Assembly (NCBI GenBank): GCA_019638835.1
Contig: JAHBTC010000001.1
Location: 6,260-70,259 of the forward strand
Source of the DNA: Fimbriimonadaceae bacterium
GTDB lineage: Bacteria > Armatimonadota > Fimbriimonadia > Fimbriimonadales > Fimbriimonadaceae
Length of the DNA stretch: 64,000 bases
Direction: 5' to 3'
Shown here: positions 46,870 to 54,885 of the stretch, one piece after another
Numbering within the stretch: the first letter of the stretch is position 1
Layout of the letters: each line of letters begins with the position of its first letter
The notes under the pieces: model-generated
Told to the model about the DNA's origin: nothing
Database searches by the model: none
What the model saw: the letters and a program-made list of their open reading frames with translations, nothing else
Program-made: the position numbers and the translations under genes

Positions 46870-47830
46870 AAGCTATGACCACCTTTCGGGACCGTGGAAC
46901 ACGATTCCAACCGGGCACGTCTCACCCCTCACCAAAGCCATCCAGCCCAACTCTTTCGGGATACGGGTCAGATGGGGGCGGCGCGGGGGCTTGGCCCCGC
47001 TATCGGATAAACCGTGGCAACACGGCCAAAGGGTTGGGTGCCTTCCCAATCGCTCCGTGAGGAGACCGCCAAGCAATCCGAGGCTCTGCAATCTTCGTCC
47101 CCTGGGCGGAGCAGAACCGGAAGACCGAAACGAGGATCAACGGCGAGTGCTGCGATCCATGTGGTGGATCGCCCCACCACGAAGTTTCACGCGAAAGGTC
47201 GAAGGGTGAGAGTCAAAGAGGAGGAGACATCGTGTGACCGGTCCGTCGGTAACGCGTTGCTCCAGTCGCTACGGCGTCGGGCTCCTGTCAGGAGTACGCC
47301 GTCTTGGATGACCGTCTGGTACCCGCGGAACGGGGAAGGGCAGGGGGGCGTGGCGCATTTGCTCGCTAACAAGCGAGGAAACGCCTGACCACGCACGTCT
47401 TCTGGGCAATCAAAAAAGAATGGCTCAATAGTAGAGCGCCGAAATGATAATTCGGAAGGTCCGGGTGCGATTCCTGGTTCTTTTGCCAAACGCGAAAGAG
47501 TGGTCCGTGCTGTGACGAAAGCAGCCTGTTTCCTCCGGCTTCGGCCAGGGAGGAGCGAGATGGATGTCGCAACGTCCATCGCGTACTGTCGTGGAGACAG
47601 GGTAGAGAACTTAGCGGTTCTCGAACGGAGGTGTCGAGCCTTCGGCCCGGGGAAGCGGCATAACAGTCCGGCGCGAAAGAGGGTGTCAAACCTCTGAAAA
47701 AAGATGGCGGCTGAGGCGCTTGTCATGCTACGGAGCAATCCGGGTATGGCGGATAAACTCGCTAACCGATACGGCGAGCAGAGAGCGACCAAGAGATCGT
47801 GGAAATCTAGAGCGATTTCATTTAAAAGTT
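46870..47830 (+). ncRNA. candidate large structured non-coding RNA (class unknown; boundaries approximate)
   Basis: About 1 kb with no credible ORF but genome-typical GC. There are at least 14 hand-verified helices, several capped by GCAA, GUGA or cUUCGg loops that read correctly only on the + strand, plus an embedded tRNA-like cloverleaf and a terminator-like hairpin at the 3' side. See findings. Confidence 0.3.
47414..47488 (+). tRNA. non-canonical tRNA-like cloverleaf (anticodon GAU, Ile-like), CCA encoded
   Basis: AAAAGAA-TG-GCTC-AATAGTA-GAGC-G-CCGAA-ATGATAA-TTCGG-AAGGT-CCGGG-TGCGATT-CCTGG-TTCTTTT-G-CCA. All four stems pair. The acceptor stem is almost all A-U, the D loop lacks GG, and the T loop reads TGCGATT rather than TTCRANN. 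Confidence 0.45.
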
Positions 47831-47831
47831 T

Positions 47832-47858
47832 GGCCGGTGGTGTTCTGCACCTCCGGCC
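47832..47858. terminator. terminator-like hairpin, possibly bidirectional
   Basis: GGCCGGTGGTG / CACCTCCGGCC forms 11 bp with one mismatch and loop TTCTG. It is preceded by AAAAGTT and followed by TTTCT, so it could end both the + strand RNA candidate and the minus-strand sulfatase transcript. Confidence 0.5.
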
Positions 47859-47998
47859 TTTCTACATTTACAAACAGTTTCCAAGAAGAACTCAGCAACA
47901 TCTTAGTCGCGAGGCACCCGTAAGTCCATTTCTGAACTAGCAATGGTCAGGAGTGGCTGATAGAGAATCGAGAGCCTATGAGACCGATCTCGCTTGGC

Positions 47999-49459
47999 TT
48001 ATTCATACATTGGCAATATTTCTCTTCCGGTTTCCCGCTCCGTGGGAAACTGAGCCCCTAGCCGATACAACTCCGCCAGAAGATCTGTGGCCAACTCCTT
48101 CATCCGCTCTGGCTGATTACGCTTGACATCACGGGTTTCGCCGAGATCCGCCTGCAAGTTGTACAGTTCCCACCGCCGATCGCCATAGAAGAAGATGGCC
48201 TTGAAGTTGCCTTTTCGGATTGCCGAAAAGGGTTCAAGCCCCGGCCCGCCAAACCCACGGTGGTGCGGGTAGTGCCAAACGTTAGGCGAAACCCGACCCA
48301 CATCTGTGCCGGATCGCACCGCCCCTGCGAAAGACTCCGCGTCAGGGCCGTCAAACGAAACCCCCGCGAGATCGGCAATCGTATCGGCGAGGTCAGAGCC
48401 AACTATCCAGGTCTTGTCGAGGGTCGCCCCGCGAGCCACCCCCGCTCCCGAAAACACAAGCGGCACCCGGTATCCCCCTTCGTAGGCCGAACCTTTCCCG
48501 CTTCGCAGGGGCAAGTTATGCAGATTGGGAAAGCCACCTCGCGCCGTCTGCGAGAGTCCGCCGTTGTCGCTCGTGAACACGAAGATCGTATTATCCAATT
48601 GGTTGGCCTCGCGAAGAGTGTTTATGAGCGTGCCGATTGCGGCATCGCAGGTTTCCACCATCGTGGCGTACGCCGCCTCGGTCTCGTTCATCCCGGTGTA
48701 ATTCGCAAGGAACCGAGCGTTCGCCGTTATTGGTGTGTGAACGCTGTACGGCGAGAACCACACGAACACGGGCTTGTTTGATTGCAACGAAATCTTGATG
48801 TCCTTGGCGGCCTCGATTGCAAGTGCATCGTCAAGAAACACATCTTTGCCGTGGTACGCGGCAAGATCGGGGACATCGTTGTGTGCGGGTGGCGCCCCAG
48901 GTTCAGATGTGGCGGCGGCAAAATTCCGGGTTCCGAGGTAACTGCTGGGGTGACCCGCCGCCGATCCCCCAATTGAGCGTTCAAATCCGAGATTCTCGGG
49001 ATCAGCGCCCGCCGTTCCGCCTGCACCGAAGTGAGCTTTTCCGACCTGCAAAGTGTGGTAGCCCGCTTTGCGGAATGCCTCTGCTAACGTGGGTGCGTCC
49101 CCCGGTTGGAACCCGATCTTTCTCCAATCGGGGAGGTCGATCTCGGGGTGCGGTCCGTCGGTTTCTTGGCCACTATGCACCCAACTCGTCACATGATTAC
49201 GGGCCGGATTCTCACCGGTGAGTAACGCTACTCGCGAGGGGGTACATACCGGACAAGAGGCGTAAGCCTGATTAACCTGAACACCGTTGCGGGCGAGTCC
49301 GTCGAGAACAGGAGTCCGAAAATGCCTGCCGACCAACTTCTCGTCCAGCCCGAACGCCAGAGAAGTATCTTGCCAACCCAAATCGTCAATGAGGATGAGA
49401 ACGACGTTGGGCGGAGTAGCCGTAACCAAGCTTGCCGAAAGCAGGAGAGAGGCGAACAT
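47999..49459 (-). CDS. formylglycine-dependent sulfatase (arylsulfatase family)
   Basis: 486 aa. Signal peptide, then LILIDDLGWQD, CPVCTPSRVALLTGE (C-x-P-x-R) and GKAHFG. Confidence 0.9.
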   Translation of the reverse strand: MFASLLLSASLVTATPPNVVLILIDDLGWQDTSLAFGLDEKLVGRHFRTPVLDGLARNGVQVNQAYASCPVCTPSRVALLTGENPARNHVTSWVHSGQETDGPHPEIDLPDWRKIGFQPGDAPTLAEAFRKAGYHTLQVGKAHFGAGGTAGADPENLGFERSIGGSAAGHPSSYLGTRNFAAATSEPGAPPAHNDVPDLAAYHGKDVFLDDALAIEAAKDIKISLQSNKPVFVWFSPYSVHTPITANARFLANYTGMNETEAAYATMVETCDAAIGTLINTLREANQLDNTIFVFTSDNGGLSQTARGGFPNLHNLPLRSGKGSAYEGGYRVPLVFSGAGVARGATLDKTWIVGSDLADTIADLAGVSFDGPDAESFAGAVRSGTDVGRVSPNVWHYPHHRGFGGPGLEPFSAIRKGNFKAIFFYGDRRWELYNLQADLGETRDVKRNQPERMKELATDLLAELYRLGAQFPTERETGREILPMYE

Positions 49460-49523
49460 GGGGCCAATATAGCCCGAGTCAAGTGGCGAGGAGAAGTTTC
49501 GTCCGAGTTTGACAAGGACGGGG

Positions 49524-49604
<81 letters not shown>

Positions 49605-49746
49605 ACGCAAAGATACCCGAACCCACTGCCCGCCAAGGGACCACGAAGATGTAACGAACTTATCCTTCAACCGTCCACAACCTAGACTTGCAGGCGGTGA
49701 CCCCGGTATTCTAATCGGGCGTTCGCCCTGCGGACCAATTGGCACC

Positions 49747-51375
49747 ATGATGCGACTTACCTCTTTGATGATCGCCCTGCTGGCTGCGGCCACCGCTTGG
49801 GCCGACTTCGATGGCCCGGCGCCCCTCGCGTGGCGATGGGCAGGCTCGACGAGCGTGGTACCTGGCGGCGCACCCGTAGTAGAAGACGACGTCCTCTACG
49901 TTGCGGTCGGCCCCCGGATCTACGGAATCGATCGCGCCACCGGCAACCAAGTGTGGCGATACCCGGCAGGAGTGCCGATTGAAGCGAACTTCCGGCTCGG
50001 CTGCGTTGTCTCGGGCGACAACATTTACGCCGTCGCCGACAACCGAATCCTTTATGCCGTGAACAAAGTGACAGGGCAGTTGGCATGGCAAGGCAACCTG
50101 ATGGACCAAGCCACCGGCAACCCGGCCCTTCTCGATAACAAGGTGATCGTCCCGGTTGTTGGCAACAAGGTACAGGGATTCAACAAGGCAGATGGAGCGA
50201 ACCTGTGGGCTGACCCTATGACGATGGCAGGCGGAATTCCCGGTCAAATCGTCGGTCACCGTAACTCCATCATATACATCAACGATGCGGGTGATCTCAA
50301 GTCCGTCGACATGACGTCGATGCGCGAAGACTTCTCCGTTCGGTTACAGTCGTTCAGCCGTTCGGTCGCGCCCGTGCTCGTGGATGACAACATTTTCATC
50401 AACTCAGGCACCTACGTCATCGCAATTCGTGCCGCGTCAGGTCGTCCGGCTTGGCAGTTCAATACGAACACGCGTCTCGCCTTCGCTCCGGCAGTCAACG
50501 ACGAATATGTTGCTTCTGTCGGTCTCAACGGCGAAGTCTTCGTCATCAATCGCCGCAACGGTACGCAGGTGAGCGGGAAGTCGTTCGTGCTGAACAAGCA
50601 ACCGGCAACTTCCCCTGCTTTCGTCGGTACCACGCTGGTTGTAAACACCGCTGACGGCAATATCAACGTCGTCGATCCGGTGATCAAGGAAGTCCTCTTC
50701 AGCTACCGCGCGGTGAGCCTCGTTGGTCGCACGCGGACCGAGGAAGGCACGGGCCCCGGTGGCGGTGCTGGGCCGGGACGTGGTTCCGGCGGTGGATCAG
50801 GTCAGGCGGGCGAAGGTGGAAGCGGTGGTCGAACGGGTGGAGCCCAAGACCCCGCCGAAGATACAGGTCCGGATTGGATCGCGGCCGCTGGACCAGCGGT
50901 CGGTGCGGGCGACTCGCTGATCGTTCAGGTTCGGGATGGCAGCATCCTCAGTTTCGATAAGAACTACGGTGTGGACCTTACGGCTCCAAGCGTGAAGATG
51001 GATTGGCCCGGAAGCGGCGAACTCATCTGGGGACGCCCGCCGCTCAACTTCAAGTGGACGTTGGAAGATTTCGGTTCGGGCATCAACCCTGACACGGTTG
51101 GCGTGACGATCAACGGCAAGCAAATGGAAGTCATCTTCCAGCCGAATGGCGAATTGTTCGTTGTGATTTCGACCACCGGCAATAATCGGCCGCTGCAGAA
51201 TGGTCGCCAAGAAATTGTGGTCACGGCGAAGGACTGGCTTGGCAACGAAGCCAAAAAGACGTTTGTGGTCGTGGTGGACAATAACATCGCACCTCCGTCT
51301 GGAAGTTCGACCACGGGCGCAGGCGGCCCTGGCAGCGGTGCGGGCGGCGGTCCGGGCCGAGGCAGCGGCGGTTGA
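49747..51375 (+). CDS. secreted PQQ-like beta-propeller repeat protein with Gly-rich linker and C-terminal Ig-like region
   Basis: 542 aa. Signal peptide MMRLTSLMIALLAAATAWA and repeated ...G..(V/L)W... propeller blades (GNQVWRYP, GQLAWQGN, GANLWADP, GRPAWQFN). Gly-rich tracts lie near residues 330-370 and at the C-terminus. Confidence 0.7.
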   Translation: MMRLTSLMIALLAAATAWADFDGPAPLAWRWAGSTSVVPGGAPVVEDDVLYVAVGPRIYGIDRATGNQVWRYPAGVPIEANFRLGCVVSGDNIYAVADNRILYAVNKVTGQLAWQGNLMDQATGNPALLDNKVIVPVVGNKVQGFNKADGANLWADPMTMAGGIPGQIVGHRNSIIYINDAGDLKSVDMTSMREDFSVRLQSFSRSVAPVLVDDNIFINSGTYVIAIRAASGRPAWQFNTNTRLAFAPAVNDEYVASVGLNGEVFVINRRNGTQVSGKSFVLNKQPATSPAFVGTTLVVNTADGNINVVDPVIKEVLFSYRAVSLVGRTRTEEGTGPGGGAGPGRGSGGGSGQAGEGGSGGRTGGAQDPAEDTGPDWIAAAGPAVGAGDSLIVQVRDGSILSFDKNYGVDLTAPSVKMDWPGSGELIWGRPPLNFKWTLEDFGSGINPDTVGVTINGKQMEVIFQPNGELFVVISTTGNNRPLQNGRQEIVVTAKDWLGNEAKKTFVVVVDNNIAPPSGSSTTGAGGPGSGAGGGPGRGSGG

Positions 51376-52418
51376 GAACGCTTCCGCCGATTTTCTGGCA
51401 CGCACTGCTAGCGGCGGAGTTACCCTACGAAACATCCCGGGCGATCGTTGAATCGCTCGGGATGTCTTCTTTGGAGCCCCTCTCGGCCCTGCGAAGTTGG
51501 CCCGGCCTCTCGACGGCAGTTCGCAGTCGGCTGGACCGAGTGGATGCCCGGCGGGTGCAAGACCTGCTCGCCAAGGGATATTGGTGGCGAGAAGGAACCA
51601 CCATCGAATCTCTCGCCGAAGTGCCGGCTGCCCCTTGGGGCTTGTTTGGTCGCGGTCAATCTTCGGTGCTTGACCGTCCATCCGTTGCGATCGTCGGTAC
51701 GCGGCAAGCATCTCCGTACGGTAAAGCGTGCGCCCGAAAGTTCGCTGAGCACCTCGCCGAAGCCGGTTGGGTCGTGCTCAGCGGCGGTGCATTGGGGATT
51801 GACGCTCAAGCGCACGAAGGTGCCCTCGCGGTGGGCGGCTCAACTGTGGCCGTCCTCGGCACGGGAGCCGACATTGTCTATCCCGCCGCTCACGGCCCAC
51901 TTTACGAACGGATGTGCGTAGACGGCGCGGTGGTGAGCCAGTTTGCGCTCGGAACGGCATCGTTCCCCGGGAACTTCCTTCACCGTAACGACGTGATTGC
52001 GGCGCTCGCCCATGTCGTTTTAGTGATCGAAGCCCCAAGCGGATCGGGAGCCCTCCGCACCGCTCAAACGGCAGTGGACCTCAGCAAACCGATCTACGTC
52101 GTGCCGGGTCCGCTCTCCACGGGCAGATTCAAGGGGAGCCACGGACTGATCCGCGACGGGGCGACACTGGTGGATCATCCGGGACAGATCACCGAGGAGA
52201 TTGGATTTATTGACGAGTTCATCCGTTCTCCCGAAACTGAAGAAAGAGTTGAAGGTGATGAGGCGATCCTCCAGTTCCTTGACGAGACTCCGAAACTCAT
52301 AGAAGAACTGGTGGGAGCGACAGGTCGGGACGCATCTGATCTTTCGGCGGCGATGACGTTGTTAGAAATGGATGGCCTCGTGACGCGCACCCCGTCCGGC
52401 TATATCATCACCCCATGA
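51372..52418 (+). CDS. dprA: DNA-processing protein DprA/Smf
   Basis: 348 aa. Motif VAIVGTRQASPYGKACARKFAEHLAEAGWVVLSGGALGIDAQAHEGAL. It overlaps the upstream stop by 4 nt. Confidence 0.85.
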   Translation: MRTLPPIFWHALLAAELPYETSRAIVESLGMSSLEPLSALRSWPGLSTAVRSRLDRVDARRVQDLLAKGYWWREGTTIESLAEVPAAPWGLFGRGQSSVLDRPSVAIVGTRQASPYGKACARKFAEHLAEAGWVVLSGGALGIDAQAHEGALAVGGSTVAVLGTGADIVYPAAHGPLYERMCVDGAVVSQFALGTASFPGNFLHRNDVIAALAHVVLVIEAPSGSGALRTAQTAVDLSKPIYVVPGPLSTGRFKGSHGLIRDGATLVDHPGQITEEIGFIDEFIRSPETEERVEGDEAILQFLDETPKLIEELVGATGRDASDLSAAMTLLEMDGLVTRTPSGYIITP

Positions 52419-53473
52419 AACCGGTCTATGACGCCCTCGGCCCGGAAGGGTTCGGTACCTACGAAGTCAGTTGGACCGAAAACGGCCCCGGATTCCGGCG
52501 GGTGAGCCGTCCCCCACAAGGGTTAATTGTTCCCGGATTCGTTGACGTTCACATTCACGGCGCATTTGGCATCGACTTCATGTCCGCGACGCTCATGGAA
52601 ATGCGAGAACTCGCAGGGAAGTTAGCCGAGGTTGGATACGAGGCGTTCTTGCCCACCACTATCACGGCCCCGGCGAACGAAGTTCTTCGCGCGATTGATC
52701 ATCTCCCCGCTCACGAGATGATCCCCGGATTTCACTTAGAGGGCCCGTTCATCAGCCCCGAGTTTCCTGGAGCCCAACCCATAGAAGCAATTGCGAGTCC
52801 GGCCTCGCCTGAATCCGCATGGGATTTGATTCTTGATGACCCGCGCATGCGGCTCATTACACTTGCTCCCGAGGTAGTCGGTGGCCTGCAACTGATCACT
52901 CGGCTCAGGCGGCCGGGATTGACGGTGAGCATGGGACACACGAACGCGACCTACGATGAGGCCCGAATGGGATTTGAGTTTGGGGCGAGTCATGTGACGC
53001 ACACCTTCAACGCGATGCGACCCTTCCACCACCGCGAAGCCGGGATCCTCGGCTACTTGCTCAAGAACGAGAGTCTCACCACCGAACTGATTTACGACCG
53101 ACACCACGTCGCATTTGAGGCGGCATCCGTACTTGTGGGGTGTCGGCCCACCGACCGAATGATCGCGGTGAGCGACAGCACCGCCGCTACTGGGTTGAAG
53201 GAGGGGAAGGAGTTCACGATGTGGGGCCACGAGGTTGTTTTGGGCGAAAAGTGCGTGCGCATGAAGTCGAACGGAGCACTCGCCGGGAGCGCAGTGACTT
53301 TGCTAGATTGCTTCCGCAATCTGGTGGAGGACTTTGATGTCGAGACGGCCATCCGATGCTGCTGCGTCAATCCTCGACAATTGCTCGGCAACAAGACGCC
53401 GAAGATTTATCTTGAATTTGATCGCGAGTTTAATCTAGTTTCGCGGTTTACTGCGCTTGGTGAGCAGCTTTAA
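52415..53473 (+). CDS. nagA: N-acetylglucosamine-6-phosphate deacetylase
   Basis: 352 aa. Motifs GFVDVHIHGAFGIDFM, HLEGPFIS and HTFNAM. It overlaps dprA by 4 nt. Confidence 0.85.
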   Translation: MKPVYDALGPEGFGTYEVSWTENGPGFRRVSRPPQGLIVPGFVDVHIHGAFGIDFMSATLMEMRELAGKLAEVGYEAFLPTTITAPANEVLRAIDHLPAHEMIPGFHLEGPFISPEFPGAQPIEAIASPASPESAWDLILDDPRMRLITLAPEVVGGLQLITRLRRPGLTVSMGHTNATYDEARMGFEFGASHVTHTFNAMRPFHHREAGILGYLLKNESLTTELIYDRHHVAFEAASVLVGCRPTDRMIAVSDSTAATGLKEGKEFTMWGHEVVLGEKCVRMKSNGALAGSAVTLLDCFRNLVEDFDVETAIRCCCVNPRQLLGNKTPKIYLEFDREFNLVSRFTALGEQL

Positions 53474-53550
53474 CTAGCTTCTTTCGGAAAAAGGATGAGG
53501 CACTTCTGACTTCAAAATAGGTCTTCGGTAGGTACTGGTACTTTTCGCGA

Positions 53551-54885
53551 ATGTACCTGAGATCAGTTCTTGTGCTCGTCCTGGTGGCGACATGGACGCA
53601 CGCGATTGGCGCACTCGGTTGGAACGTGCCTAACGATCCAGTCATGGGAGTTGGCACGAATGCCATCCCCGAGTATTTCAGCGGGTGCAACTCAAGGGCA
53701 TTTATATCAGCCTATACTCTGTCGGAGGGTGAAGGGGAGACTCAAACCCTCACACCGTCCATCGTGAAGTCGCAACTCTTCATCAACGATGAGCTCATTG
53801 AAGAACAGAACTGTCCGGTACATCCCACATTAGGCATCCCATTACCCCTCTTCTCTATGGGGCACTCAATAATGTTTGATGCTGCTCATTATGGTGGGGC
53901 AGGTGTCGGGACCATCGTGATCAAGCAAAAAGTATGGGAATATGGTAGCACAAGCCCGGCTGAGAATTCTTACTCGGTAAGCTCGAAGAGTGACGCAATT
54001 CTCGCAGGCTATCATAGCGTTGACGCCAATGGATATGCATGGTACTCTTACGTAGACATTTGGAGTACGACCCAGTGGGCTTGGACTCCCTACTCGGCGG
54101 AATACAAGATTTCCAATGCCCTCACGTCGAAATTCGCACAAATGGATTATGACCCTGATGTTCTTAACTCCATGAATTGGGCGGCAAGTACTTTCCTTTC
54201 TGGATGGTCAGGTAAGAACAATATCTTTGTAGCTTTACATGGAGCACCGGCAGAAGGTGGATTACCCCCATTGTTGTTTGGCGCATCAGAAGACCCTTGG
54301 AGTGCCTACCCGGGATTTCCTTCCGCGTGGCCGCCTCCCACGGCATCCTTTCCACTGGAACTTATAATCGGAACATACCCAGAGCCTGCAACCACCCCCA
54401 GCGCGACTATTGCCAGCAATGTATCACTATGGAGGATACGGTACTATCGAATCGCACAAATCGGAACCGGTCTGCCTCCCTTCAACACTTCGGCAGAACC
54501 TCCAATCAACTTGGCGTTCATTTACAGTTGTGAAGTAGCTAGCGGCGGTGGGAACTCAGATCCAGGAATTGCCGGAGATAGTTTGTATCCGAATGGGAAT
54601 GTTTATACTGCGGTTAGCGAGTTCCCGGAAAATCAATCCGCGGTCATGTTTGAAGAATCAGTGCAGATTGCCGCTGCAACTGCGTTGCGAGATCACTGTT
54701 ACTACTGGATGCAAATTGGATATAGCGTCCGGCGAGCCATGGACAAATGGGAGGACTACATGGCAGATAGCGACACGGTGTTTGGCGACTCAGCGGATGT
54801 TTATGGAGATCATGCAACCAGAATATCACGCGTATACTTGCCGTCGTATCTAAGCCAAAGTACTACTTACGTGAGGAGTCTATGA
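53551..54885 (+). CDS. hypothetical secreted protein (low-GC islet gene 1)
   Basis: 444 aa with a signal-like N-terminus. Local GC is about 40-52% against about 58% in the flanks. NIFVALHGAP ... LAFIYSCEVASGG ... DVYGD is weakly reminiscent of clan-CD (C13/C25-like) cysteine peptidase motifs. No family is firmly recognised. Confidence 0.5.
   Translation: MYLRSVLVLVLVATWTHAIGALGWNVPNDPVMGVGTNAIPEYFSGCNSRAFISAYTLSEGEGETQTLTPSIVKSQLFINDELIEEQNCPVHPTLGIPLPLFSMGHSIMFDAAHYGGAGVGTIVIKQKVWEYGSTSPAENSYSVSSKSDAILAGYHSVDANGYAWYSYVDIWSTTQWAWTPYSAEYKISNALTSKFAQMDYDPDVLNSMNWAASTFLSGWSGKNNIFVALHGAPAEGGLPPLLFGASEDPWSAYPGFPSAWPPPTASFPLELIIGTYPEPATTPSATIASNVSLWRIRYYRIAQIGTGLPPFNTSAEPPINLAFIYSCEVASGGGNSDPGIAGDSLYPNGNVYTAVSEFPENQSAVMFEESVQIAAATALRDHCYYWMQIGYSVRRAMDKWEDYMADSDTVFGDSADVYGDHATRISRVYLPSYLSQSTTYVRSL

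Noticed and set aside
46873-47940. Short ORFs inside the RNA-candidate region: 46875-47060, 47014-47388, 47187-47792(-), 47366-47689(-), 47500-47697, 47704-47940 and others.
   Set aside because: They overlap one another in several frames and are Arg/Ser/Pro/Gly-rich with no hydrophobic periodicity, motif or RBS. This is typical of random frames in GC-rich structured sequence.
46862-47990. Known RNA classes as explanations for the structured region: RNase P RNA, tmRNA, SRP RNA, group II intron and rRNA fragments.
   Set aside because: I looked for GAGGAAAGTCCGGGC together with ACAGAACCCGGCTTA (RNase P), a GGGG...TCGA 5' end with an alanine-type acceptor and tag ORF (tmRNA), GGTCCGGAAGGAAGCAGCC (SRP), GTGYG 5' ends with a domain-V AGCCGTAT...ACGGTTC hairpin (group II), and universal 16S/23S strings. 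I found only partial chance resemblances, for example GGAAGGTCCGGGTGC, which is just the T arm of the tRNA-like element. A covariance-model search is still needed.
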